Below are positions 11,755 through 20,790 of a DNA stretch of 64,000 nt, piece after piece. The notes beneath the pieces are model-generated. The model saw only the letters and a program-made list of their open reading frames with translations, was not told the DNA's origin and did no database searches. The first letter of the stretch is position 1. Each line of letters begins with the position of its first letter. Both the position numbers and the translations under genes were made by a program. The DNA comes from Planctomycetota bacterium (lineage in GTDB: Bacteria; Planctomycetota; UBA1135; GCA-002686595), in NCBI GenBank assembly GCA_016872795.1, contig VGYZ01000007.1, forward strand, positions 5,687 to 69,686. The letters run 5' to 3'.

Positions 11755-14700
11755 TCAGAGGTCGAAGCGCACAGTCGCGGTCGCGCCCGCTTCGACTTCG
11801 ACCTCCTGCTCGCTCGTCGGCTGCTCGCGCCGGTCGAACCCCGCTCCGAAGGAACGCACCTCGACCTTCCAGCGCCCCGGCTCGAGGTCGTCGAGGCGCG
11901 CACGCCCGCCTTCGATGATCCCACGCGGAGAGTCGGCACCCTCGGACTCTCCAACACGCCTCGCGGTGACCAGTCCTTGCGCGAGCGCCGTGCCGCCTTC
12001 GAACACGCGCACCTCGATGGAGCCCGACTGCAAGAGCTGCAAGTCGACGTGGGACTCGACTTCGTTGGGGCCGAGCTCGAGCTCCGCGGACTTCGCGCTG
12101 CGATAGCCCTTGGACTCGGCCTTGACGATGAGCTTCACGCCCGGGCGCACGCCACGCAGCGTGTAGCGTCCGTCGTCATCGGTGCGCGCCGTCGGCTCAT
12201 CGCCGCCGATCAGCATGGTGCTCTCCTCGTTCTCGCCGCCGGAGAACGCCATCACCATGCGCACCGTACCCGAGCGCGAGCCGCCGCCCGCGCGCTCGAC
12301 GCTCACCTTGGCGCGCGCTATCGGCTTGCCGCCGGGGCCCGTGACGCGCCCTTCGATGATCGCGATGTCGAGCTCGAGATCGAGCCGCTCGTCGCCGTCG
12401 AGCAGAGTCGTCTCGGCCTCGGCCGGCATGGCGCGGCTTGGGTGCGTGACGCGCGCGGTGTAGGTGCCCGGCTTCACATTCTTGACCTCGTAGCGACCAC
12501 GGCCGTCCGTGCGCGCCCTCGGACCATCGCCCATGCCGAACATCATCAGGCGCCCTTCCGCAGAGCTCGGATCCGACTTGCGCACGAGCGTCACTTGCGC
12601 GCCAGCCAGCGGCGCGCCGCCCTCCGTGATCGTGCCCGTGAGCGCAAGCTGCAGCGGGGCGAGGAGCTTGACCGCCGCCTCTCCGCCCTCGGTCACAGTG
12701 GCCTCGACCCAGTCGCTCTCCTCGGCGCCGCCCTCGACGCCCGCGAACGCGATCTGCATGTCCCCCATCGCGCCGAACATCCCCCCGCCCGCGTCGGGAC
12801 GGAAGCGGTGCACGCCGACCGACAGGTGGCGGAACAACGCCTCGCCCTTCGAGTCGGTGACCTCGGAGTCGCGCCCCGATCCGGGGAACGACGCCTCCGC
12901 AACGCCGCGACCGCGCACGGCACGCCGCTCGATCTTGGCCCCCGCCACGGGCGCTCCGCGCTGGTCGACGAGCGTCACGCGCACGCTTCCGCCGGAGCTC
13001 AGTCGCACCTCGCGCGCTTCGGGAGTGCCGACCGCACACACGAACGGCTCGCCGCGATAGGACGCGTGCTCCGCGTGCTGGACAGACAGCAAACAGCGCA
13101 CACCTTCGAAGCTCGTGAGCTTGGCCACGCCGGCGTCATCCGTGCGCGCGGTGACGCTGCGCTCGTTGCCGAAGTCGAAGCTCTCGGCCCCAGAGTCACC
13201 GATGCTGACGGTGTGCGAAAAGACCATCGCGCCTTCCATGCCGCGCTCTTCCGGCGGCGCGGTGCGCAGCGTCACGCGCGCCCCCGAGACCGGTGCGAGC
13301 GTCGCCGCGTCGAGGACCGTGACCGTGCACAGCGGTGCCGGGTCGAGCTCGATCGTGCCGAGCTCCGTCTCCGCGCCCGCGCCGAGCGGAATGTCGAGCC
13401 GCGACCACTCGCGGTAGCCCGTGGCCGTGATCCACAGGTTGGCCGTGTCGTTGTCGCCGCGCCGGCGCAGGTTGCCGAGCTTGCCGCGACCGCCGGGATG
13501 AGCCTTCGACTCGTCGCCGGTCTCGAAGTACGGCCAGCGCTGGTGCTCCTTGCCGAGGCTGCCCTCGACGCGGAACTGCTCGACAGGCGCCTTGGTGCGC
13601 TCGTCGACCACCGTGAACACGAGCGCCGAATCGCTCTGGTACTCGAGCCGGATTCCGCGGTCGCCCGCGCGCGCCTCGACCCGCCGCGACATGCGCGGCG
13701 CGTAGCCGAGCGGGCTCTCGCCTTCGTTGAGTCGCAGCGAGACATCGTAGGCGAGCTCCGGTCGCACACCGCGCAGCGTGAAGCTGCCGTCTTGCGCGAG
13801 GCGCGCCGAGCGCGGCTCCGCTCCGCCGGCAGGGTTCTCGAGCTCGCCGGCCGCGCGCCGCGGGCTCGCGAGCACGCGCAGTACTTCGATCGTCCCCTCG
13901 GGGACGCCGAGCGCCACGCCCGAGATCTGGCTACCGCTCTCGAGCCGCAGCACCAGGCCGTCCCGGCGCTCGTGCGGTCGCAGCGCACCTTCGAGCTTGT
14001 GGCGCAGCGTGGGAGCGTCGTCCGACTCGACGGAGAGCTCGAGCTCGCCCGCCGGCAGGATGTCGAGCTCGAACGAGCCGTCGCTGCGCGTCTCGCCGAG
14101 CGGCTCGCCGCGGCCGCCGCCCTCGACGACGAACACGAACATCCCGCCCGCCCCTTCCCCGCGCACGCGCGCGAGCTTGGCGCCCGCCACGCCGGCGCCG
14201 CGGCTGTCCACCACGCGCCCCGTGACCACCGGCCCGGGAATCAGCGTGAATGTGCCCGCATCGAAGGCCTCGTCGGCCGGAATCGCGCGCTCGACGTCGA
14301 GCGGAGCATGCCTCGACGCGCGGAAGCGCAGCCTGACATCGCCCGCGCGGCTCACCTGCAGCGAGAAGCGCCCGTCCGCGTCCGTCGTCGCGCGACCGCG
14401 CCCCGCGCGCCCCATGCTCTCGCGTTCGGTCTCGTCGTCGAATCCAAGGGACAGGCGCAGGCCATCGAACGGACCATCGCCACTGCGGACGCGCACGCCC
14501 TCGAGCGGCGCACCCGCCTCATCGACCACGCGCCCCGTGAGCGCGATCCCGCTCGCGCGCTCGGGCTGCACAGCGCCGCGCACGAGCTCGGGCGCGGTCA
14601 TCTCGATGGTCCTGCGCTCGAGCAGCGGCTCGCGCACGGGCTCGTCGGAGAGCGGCGCCGAGAGTTCGACCAAGCTCGGCTCCGCGGCGAGCGCGCCCGC

Positions 14701-14889
14701 ATCCCTCGCCGTGGGCAACGCAGAGTCCTCGCGGGGCTCGACCGCGCCCTCGCGCGAGCGCCACAGGAGAATGCCGGAGACGACGAGGGCGAGCAGCACT
14801 ACGAGCAGGACCGAGCGCTTCAATGGACGGCTCCGGTGGCGTAGGGGTTGGGGGCCGGGCAGAGGAGCAACGGGTGGCAGGGTACGCAA
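11755..14889 (-). CDS. Large (1044 aa) membrane-anchored or secreted protein with many carboxypeptidase-regulatory-like (CarboxypepD_reg) beta-sandwich repeats
   Basis: N-terminal TM VLLVVLLALVVSGILLW. There are repeated GRVVD..G.P..GA.V motifs, for example LTGRVVDEAGAPLEGVRV, VTGRVVDSRGAGVAGAKL and IEGRVTGPGGKPIARAKV. Confidence 0.7.
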   Translation of the reverse strand: MRTLPPVAPLPGPQPLRHRSRPLKRSVLLVVLLALVVSGILLWRSREGAVEPREDSALPTARDAGALAAEPSLVELSAPLSDEPVREPLLERRTIEMTAPELVRGAVQPERASGIALTGRVVDEAGAPLEGVRVRSGDGPFDGLRLSLGFDDETERESMGRAGRGRATTDADGRFSLQVSRAGDVRLRFRASRHAPLDVERAIPADEAFDAGTFTLIPGPVVTGRVVDSRGAGVAGAKLARVRGEGAGGMFVFVVEGGGRGEPLGETRSDGSFELDILPAGELELSVESDDAPTLRHKLEGALRPHERRDGLVLRLESGSQISGVALGVPEGTIEVLRVLASPRRAAGELENPAGGAEPRSARLAQDGSFTLRGVRPELAYDVSLRLNEGESPLGYAPRMSRRVEARAGDRGIRLEYQSDSALVFTVVDERTKAPVEQFRVEGSLGKEHQRWPYFETGDESKAHPGGRGKLGNLRRRGDNDTANLWITATGYREWSRLDIPLGAGAETELGTIELDPAPLCTVTVLDAATLAPVSGARVTLRTAPPEERGMEGAMVFSHTVSIGDSGAESFDFGNERSVTARTDDAGVAKLTSFEGVRCLLSVQHAEHASYRGEPFVCAVGTPEAREVRLSSGGSVRVTLVDQRGAPVAGAKIERRAVRGRGVAEASFPGSGRDSEVTDSKGEALFRHLSVGVHRFRPDAGGGMFGAMGDMQIAFAGVEGGAEESDWVEATVTEGGEAAVKLLAPLQLALTGTITEGGAPLAGAQVTLVRKSDPSSAEGRLMMFGMGDGPRARTDGRGRYEVKNVKPGTYTARVTHPSRAMPAEAETTLLDGDERLDLELDIAIIEGRVTGPGGKPIARAKVSVERAGGGSRSGTVRMVMAFSGGENEESTMLIGGDEPTARTDDDGRYTLRGVRPGVKLIVKAESKGYRSAKSAELELGPNEVESHVDLQLLQSGSIEVRVFEGGTALAQGLVTARRVGESEGADSPRGIIEGGRARLDDLEPGRWKVEVRSFGAGFDRREQPTSEQEVEVEAGATATVRFDL

Positions 14890-15074
14890 GCCGCGCTCCC
14901 CCGTCGGGCCCCAGAACCGGAATCGAATGCGAAAGAAGAGTCAAAGAATCGCCCGTGACCGCTTCCAACGCCAGTCCGCTCGTCCCAAGTATTTGCGCCG
15001 CGTTCGGTTGCGCCGTCCCACTATGCTCACAAGCCAGCCCGCGCCACCCGCGCGAGATCCGAGGAGTCCCATCC

Positions 15075-16745
15075 ATGCCGTTGCGCACTCTCGCCCTGAT
15101 GCTCCTGCCGATCGTCCTCGCGCCGTTGCTCCCGGCCCAGCAGATGCCCAAGGTCGGCAAGGAGTACAAAGACGAGGTCGACATCGGCTTCGCCATCAAG
15201 ATGCCGTCCGACTGGCCCTTCGTGCCGGGGCAGCCCGACGACAAGAACGAGATCGGCGGCTACTCGGGCGGCGACCTGTCGGTGCTGATGGACCCCAAGA
15301 CCGGGCGCCCGTTCCTCGAGCTCGAGATCAAGCTGCTCAAGTTCGATCGCCGCAAAGCGAGCGACGCCGAGACGATCGAGGTCGAGAAGGACGGCGAGAA
15401 GATCGAGATCAACTTGGGCGGCGGCGCGCAGAACTTCACGGCGTGGTCCAAGAACCTGAAGTCGGGTTGGAAGCGCGAGGAGAAGCTCTGCAAGGACCTC
15501 AAGGTCAACAAGGTCGAGACGAAGCTGCACGTCTACCGCAACGTGTTCGACAAGAAGGAAGACATCGCGGCCTTCCTGTGCGCGTGGGAGTACAAGCTCC
15601 AGCCGGATGTCGAGATCGTGATGCTCGGTTTCGCGCCGGCGGACGACAAGCGCTGGGGCAAGTGGGAAGGCACGCTCGAGTCGATGGCGAAGAGCTTCAA
15701 GCCGCTCGAGATCGCGAGCAAGAAGATCGCCGTCGCCAAGGGCGCGACGATGCGCGATGCGCGGCGCGCGGAGCTGCAGACGGAGATCACGAAGAACCCG
15801 GGCTGGAAACTCTACGAGACGCCCAACTACTTCCTCGTGTCGTCCAAGAACGACGACAAGCTGTTCATGAAGGAGTTGATGGAGCGCCTCGAGGCGATCC
15901 GCGAGCAGTACGAGGAGATCTACCCGCCCGCGCTCGCGGCCGAGCTGCGCCTGCTCGCCAAGGCGCGCGAGGCGGCCGCCGAAGAGGAGAAGAAGAAGAA
16001 CCCCGAGCAAGGCGAGGGCGGTGCGGAGCCGAGCGAGGCGGACTTCGAGAAGGAGCTCGCGCGGCGCACGCGCGCGGCGCAGGGCGACCCGATGGAACGC
16101 TCCAAGTGCAGCGTGGTGCGCGTGTGCTCGAGCGAAGACGAGTACCTGAAGTACTCCGGTCTCTACGGCTCGGCCGGCTACTGGTCGTTCCAGACCGAGG
16201 AGCTCGTGCTGTACGACGACCAGAAGGGCGGAGGTCGCGCCAACACATGGGCGGTCTTGAACCACGAGGCCTTCCACCAGTATGTGTTCTACTTCTTCGG
16301 GAATCTCTCGCCCCACAGCTGGTTCAACGAGGGCACCGGCGACTTCTTCTCCGGCTTCCAGCTCGAGGGCTCGCGCTTCAAGCTCGAACCGTTCAACTGG
16401 CGCATCGGCACGGTCAAGGAGAACATCAACCCCAAGAATCTTGGCGGCACCTACGCACCGCTGAAGGAGCTCGTGCGCTGGAGTCAGTCGGAGTACTACG
16501 GCCAGAACAAGTACAAGCTCGGCGGCGGCGAGAACTACGCGCAGGGCTGGTCGTTCATCTACTTCCTGCGCACGGGCAAGAAGAAGGCCAAGGACTGGAA
16601 CCCGGCGTGGGAGACGATCCTCGATACCTACCTGCGCACGCTGGTCGAGACCGACGACCTCGACAAGGCGGTCGACAAGGCCTTCGCGGGCGTGGATTGG
16701 GACGAGCTGGAGCGGGTCTGGAAGAACTACATCTTGAGCCTGTAG
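15075..16745 (+). CDS. Secreted DUF1570-like putative zinc metalloprotease (HExxH)
   Basis: Signal peptide MPLRTLALMLLPIVLAPLLPAQQ, and the motif LNHEAFHQYVFYFFG followed by WFNEGTGDFF. The ATG at 15075 lies inside track ORF 14823..16745. Confidence 0.65.
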   Translation: MPLRTLALMLLPIVLAPLLPAQQMPKVGKEYKDEVDIGFAIKMPSDWPFVPGQPDDKNEIGGYSGGDLSVLMDPKTGRPFLELEIKLLKFDRRKASDAETIEVEKDGEKIEINLGGGAQNFTAWSKNLKSGWKREEKLCKDLKVNKVETKLHVYRNVFDKKEDIAAFLCAWEYKLQPDVEIVMLGFAPADDKRWGKWEGTLESMAKSFKPLEIASKKIAVAKGATMRDARRAELQTEITKNPGWKLYETPNYFLVSSKNDDKLFMKELMERLEAIREQYEEIYPPALAAELRLLAKAREAAAEEEKKKNPEQGEGGAEPSEADFEKELARRTRAAQGDPMERSKCSVVRVCSSEDEYLKYSGLYGSAGYWSFQTEELVLYDDQKGGGRANTWAVLNHEAFHQYVFYFFGNLSPHSWFNEGTGDFFSGFQLEGSRFKLEPFNWRIGTVKENINPKNLGGTYAPLKELVRWSQSEYYGQNKYKLGGGENYAQGWSFIYFLRTGKKKAKDWNPAWETILDTYLRTLVETDDLDKAVDKAFAGVDWDELERVWKNYILSL

Positions 16746-16840
16746 GTGCGCGCTCCTTGCACTCGCCCTACGCTCCCCCCTAGGGGGGACAAGCGTCGCG
16801 CGAGTCGATAGGCTCTCCCGCCCTCGGAGCACTCCCGACC

Positions 16841-17491
16841 ATGCGAATCCACCACGCCCTCGTCGCCCTCGCCCTTCTCGCCACCGCCTGCCAAGGCACG
16901 CGCAAGCTCGCCGATCCCCTGATCGAAGTGCGCGGGCCGGAGTCCACCGAGCTCGGCGTGGCCACGGACTACGGGCTGGTGTTCCTCGGACGCAGCGCGC
17001 GCTCGGGCCCCGTCGATGTCACGGCTTGGTTCGGCGACGGTCCGAGCACCGAGCAGGCCGTGGTCGAGCCCCTCGGCGGCGGACTGTTCACGGCCGAGCC
17101 GGAGATCCGCTTCCCGCGCGTGCCGATCTCGTTCCAGACGCCCCCGCCCGGCACGCGGCTCCTGTTGATCGGCCGCGTCGGCCGCGTGCGCTGGCAGGAA
17201 GAAGTCGAAGTGCTCTCCGACGCGCGCGTCGAAGGCCTGCTCGTGCGCGCGCCGCAGCGTCTGGCCACGACCCCGGCCGAGGGCGCGGGCCTGTTCATCG
17301 TCAATCCGCTCGCCGAGCACGAGCTGAAGCTCGTCGGCCTCATCTCCGGTCGCATCGAGCTCGAGTCCGCCGATGGGGCGAAGGTCGAGTACCTCGCGGC
17401 CTTCGGGCCCGACCAGCTGTGGCGGCTCGTGGCCCACCGCCGCAACGACTCCAAGCGCCGCAAGTTCGTCTACCGCGACGACATTCTCTAG
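16841..17491 (+). CDS. Hypothetical lipoprotein
   Basis: Lipobox LLATAC after MRIHHALVALA. GC3-rich coding frame. I recognise no family. Confidence 0.6.
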   Translation: MRIHHALVALALLATACQGTRKLADPLIEVRGPESTELGVATDYGLVFLGRSARSGPVDVTAWFGDGPSTEQAVVEPLGGGLFTAEPEIRFPRVPISFQTPPPGTRLLLIGRVGRVRWQEEVEVLSDARVEGLLVRAPQRLATTPAEGAGLFIVNPLAEHELKLVGLISGRIELESADGAKVEYLAAFGPDQLWRLVAHRRNDSKRRKFVYRDDIL

Positions 17492-18249
17492 GGCGCGCGC
17501 TGTCCAATCGGCGCCACCCACACGGGCCACGGATCCGAGATCCCGCGTCGCGCTTCGCCATCGCGCCGCCGCAGTACGCGCCGCGTGAGCAAGTTGTAGA
17601 GCGGCTTGGCAGTCTTGCGCCACACCAGCGCCAGCCCGCGGCGCCGCGGCGCGCGCGGCGGATTTGCGAGCAGCTCGGCGCTCGGCGCGACATCGACGAC
17701 GCGCGCGTAGCGCAAGTAGCGCCTCCTGTGCTTCGCGACATGCCGGAGGTCGTCGCCCCCGCGCGCCGCGAGCGTACGCGAACCCAGCGCGTGCAAGCTG
17801 GCCAGTTGGAAGTCGATCAACGCGGGCCGACCATCGAGTCCGACCACGATGTTCTGTTCCTTGTGGAGGTCGTTGTGCGCCACGCCGCGCGCGTGCAGCT
17901 CGCGCACGAGTTCCTCCAAGCGCTCGAAGAAATCGAGCGGCAGGCGCTCGCAGCGATGCAGGGGTGCACCGTCGACATAAGAGCGCACCAACACGCCTTC
18001 GCCTTCGCACCCCGCCAGAGGCGGGAGATCGGCCGCGCACGCGAGCTTCGGAACATCGTCGAGCCCCGAGAGCGCAGCCAGTGCCCGTTCCTCGCGGCGC
18101 AGCAGAGCGCGTGCGATCCGCCGCGAAAGCGGCAGCGCTCCTCCGCTCGCGACGCGACGAATCAGCCGCAGGCCGTCCGCCGCACCGCCGCGCGCGAGCA
18201 ACTCGACCCGCCCGAAGGCGTCGCGCTTGAGCACCGAAACCGACCACAT
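17488..18249 (-). CDS. Small protein-kinase-like fold protein (Kdo/WaaP/RIO-like)
   Basis: Catalytic-loop-like GVAHNDLHKEQNIVV and a DFG-like LIDFQLA. I take the internal ATG at 18249 (MWSVSVLKRDAFGRVELL). The upstream part of track ORF 17488..19152 is antisense to the ABC ATPase gene and is not credible. Confidence 0.6.
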   Translation of the reverse strand: MWSVSVLKRDAFGRVELLARGGAADGLRLIRRVASGGALPLSRRIARALLRREERALAALSGLDDVPKLACAADLPPLAGCEGEGVLVRSYVDGAPLHRCERLPLDFFERLEELVRELHARGVAHNDLHKEQNIVVGLDGRPALIDFQLASLHALGSRTLAARGGDDLRHVAKHRRRYLRYARVVDVAPSAELLANPPRAPRRRGLALVWRKTAKPLYNLLTRRVLRRRDGEARRGISDPWPVWVAPIGQRAP

Positions 18250-18291
18250 GCAAGGGGTCACGATAGCGCGGCCCGCTAGCATGGTCGCCCC

Positions 18292-19206
18292 ATGAGCGAC
18301 GGGACGATTCGCGCGCGCGGCCTGTGCAAGAGCTTCGGCGCCAAGGTCGCGCTCGAGCCCTGCGATCTCGACATCGAAGCCGGGCGCGTGACCGGGTTGC
18401 TCGGACCCAACGGCTCGGGCAAGAGCACGCTGATGCGCCTGCTCGTGGGCCTCGTGCGCCCAGACGCGGGCTCGGCCAGCGTCGCGGGCGTCGCGCTCGC
18501 GGGTGACGGACTGGCCGTGCGCCGCCGCTGCGCCTACGCGCCCGGCGAGATCGGCATGTACGGCGAGCTCCGCGGACACGAGCACCTCGACTGGTTCCTG
18601 CGCGGTCGCGAACGCGAATCGCGCGCTCGCGCCCGCGCGCTCGCGGAGTCCTTCGAACTTCCGCTGCGGCGTCGCGTGCACACCTACAGCCACGGCATGA
18701 AGCGCCAGCTCATGTTCGCCGCCGCCCTTGCGCCGCGCGTGCCCGTGCGCATCCTCGACGAGCCTTCCGAGGGCCTCGACCCGCAGAAGCGCAGCACCAT
18801 GATCCAACTCCTGCAAGAGGACGCCGCGCGCGGCACGACCGTGCTGCTTTCGTCGCACCACCTCGGCGAGGTCGATCGCGTCTGCGCGACCTATGTGTTC
18901 CTCTCCGGCGGTCGCAAGATCTCGACCGAGCGCGCGGAGGATGTCGCCCGCCGCGCGCGCCGGCTCGTGCGTGCCACCTTCGGACCCGAAGTGAGGCTCG
19001 CCGAACTCGCGGCACGGCTGCGCACGGGGCGCGCGAGCGTGCGCGGCGAGCTGCTGATCGCGGAGCTCGACAGCGACGACCCGCGTCCGTTTCTTGCCGA
19101 GCTCGCGAGCCTCGACGGAATCGGAGCGCCGCGCACGCTCGACTACGGCCAAGCGTCGCTCTCGGACCTCTACCGCGGCCTCTACGGCGTCGAGGAGGCC
19201 TGCTGA
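18292..19206 (+). CDS. ABC transporter ATP-binding protein
   Basis: Walker A GPNGSGKST, signature-like YSHGMKRQL, Walker B ILDEPSEGLD, and H-loop SSHHL. Confidence 0.92.
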   Translation: MSDGTIRARGLCKSFGAKVALEPCDLDIEAGRVTGLLGPNGSGKSTLMRLLVGLVRPDAGSASVAGVALAGDGLAVRRRCAYAPGEIGMYGELRGHEHLDWFLRGRERESRARARALAESFELPLRRRVHTYSHGMKRQLMFAAALAPRVPVRILDEPSEGLDPQKRSTMIQLLQEDAARGTTVLLSSHHLGEVDRVCATYVFLSGGRKISTERAEDVARRARRLVRATFGPEVRLAELAARLRTGRASVRGELLIAELDSDDPRPFLAELASLDGIGAPRTLDYGQASLSDLYRGLYGVEEAC

Positions 19207-19967
19207 TGGGACGCGCGCTGCACTCCACCTTCTGGCGCGCCGCGGGCTACTTCCTCGTACTCGAGCTGATGCTCGTGCCGGCGGTGCTGTACTTCCCGGA
19301 GTTCCAAAAGCACGCCAACTCGCTCAAGGCGATGGCGCCGATCCCGGTGCTGCGCAGCGTGATCGACACGCTCGAGCAGGGCGGTGTATTCGCCTATGTG
19401 ACGGGCCAGCACTTCTTCAAGGGCTGCAACACGCTCGGCACGGCTGCCGCCGTGTTGCTCGCCTGCGGCGCGATCGCCGGTGAAGTGCACCGCGGCACAT
19501 TCGAGATCTTCCTCGCGCGAGCGCTCTCGCGCCGACGCATCCTCACGGAGCGCTGGCTCGAGGGCGCCGCGGCCGTGTGCATCCCGGTCGTGCTCTCCAC
19601 GCTCACGATCCCATGGCTGTGCAGCCTCGTCGGTCACTCGGTCGCCTACTGGCCGCTGCTGCTGTGCGCGGTGCAGCAGTGCGCCGTCCTGCTCGCGGTC
19701 TACGGCGTGACATTCTTCCTCTCGACGCGCGCCCGAGCGCCGATGGGGATCGCCTTCGCGATGCTGTTCTTCACCGTGTTCCAGTTCGCGGTCTACCTCG
19801 TCGAGCGCATCACGCACTTCTCGCTCTTCCGGCTCACCGACGTCGAGCGCTTCCTCTACATCCAGCGCGAGAACGGCTTCGAGCTGTGGGCCCTGCTGCC
19901 ACCGGTCGGAATCACACTCGTCACTTTCGTCGCGTCGCTCATGTCGTTCGAGCGTCGCACGCCCTGA
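19206..19967 (+). CDS. ABC-2-type transporter permease
   Basis: 253 aa and multi-TM. Its start overlaps the ATPase stop (TGATG). Confidence 0.75.
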   Translation: MGRALHSTFWRAAGYFLVLELMLVPAVLYFPEFQKHANSLKAMAPIPVLRSVIDTLEQGGVFAYVTGQHFFKGCNTLGTAAAVLLACGAIAGEVHRGTFEIFLARALSRRRILTERWLEGAAAVCIPVVLSTLTIPWLCSLVGHSVAYWPLLLCAVQQCAVLLAVYGVTFFLSTRARAPMGIAFAMLFFTVFQFAVYLVERITHFSLFRLTDVERFLYIQRENGFELWALLPPVGITLVTFVASLMSFERRTP

Positions 19968-19974
19968 AGCGCAC

Positions 19975-20655
19975 TCACGCCAGTCGCGCGAGCCACGCCT
20001 TCCAGACCCAAACCGACTGGGCCTTGCGCTGGAAGCGCGCGGCGCGCGACGCGAGCTCGCCCACTTCGCAAAAGGCGAGCTTCGCGGCCGCGCGATCCCC
20101 GCCCATGCGCAGCGCGACGCCGCGGTGGTAAGCGCTCTCCGGGCTCGGTCCGTGCTCGCGCTCGTAGCGCGCGAGCGTGGCGAGCGCGGCCTCGTCGCGG
20201 CGCAGTGCAAGGTGCGCGCGAGCGAGCGCGAGGTGCACCTCGCCGTAGGCGTGCTCCGAGTTGAGCTCGAGCGCGCGCTGCAGGGCCTCGAGCGCCTCGT
20301 CGGCGCGGTCCGTCGCGAGCAGCGCCAGCCCGAGGCGATAGGCCCACTCGGCCGACTCCGGCTCGCCCGCGCAGGCGCGCTGCAGGGGCTCGACCGCGGC
20401 CGCCGACTTGCCCGCGGAGAGCAGCAGGGATCCGAGCTTGCCCTGGTTGTAGGCGCTCTCGACATGCCCGAGATCCGCGGTGGCCCGAGTGAAGCGCCGA
20501 CGCGCTGCGAGCAGGCTGGCGACGCGCTCGGCCAGCACCGAGAACAGGATCGCGGCGAGCCAGAAGCCGAAGAAACCGCGGAACAAGCCGCCGATTCCCG
20601 GCAGCCGCTGCAAGACGAGCAACAGCACCATCGAGCCAGCGAAGAAACCGAGCAT
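19975..20655 (-). CDS. Membrane-anchored TPR-repeat protein
   Basis: Starts MLGFFAGSMVLLLVLQRL with two TM segments, then TPR-like repeats (AEWAYRLGLALLATDRADEALEALQRALELN...). The start is taken at the internal ATG 20655. Confidence 0.65.
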   Translation of the reverse strand: MLGFFAGSMVLLLVLQRLPGIGGLFRGFFGFWLAAILFSVLAERVASLLAARRRFTRATADLGHVESAYNQGKLGSLLLSAGKSAAAVEPLQRACAGEPESAEWAYRLGLALLATDRADEALEALQRALELNSEHAYGEVHLALARAHLALRRDEAALATLARYEREHGPSPESAYHRGVALRMGGDRAAAKLAFCEVGELASRAARFQRKAQSVWVWKAWLARLA

Positions 20656-20790
20656 GCGCCGCACGCACCCACAATACGCACGGCCAGCACCGTTGCGAGC
20701 GTCCCGGGTGCACGGCGAGCGCCGCTCCGCGCGGGACTGGCTCGCCGGCGGCCGCGTTTCCGGCAACCGCGACTGCTAGGCTTCCGCCCC

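Noticed and set aside
17488-17491. Convergent genes sharing overlapping stop codons through the palindrome CTAG, and the 16-bp palindrome TCCCCCCTAGGGGGGA at 16774-16789
   Set aside because: Both are real in the sequence but are explained by compact gene packing and a likely terminator hairpin. They are not evidence of a special element.
17488-19152. 554-aa version of the kinase-like ORF
   Set aside because: Its N-terminal 300 aa are antisense to the motif-rich ABC ATPase gene (18292..19206). Only the C-terminal 253 aa from ATG 18249 carry kinase-like motifs.
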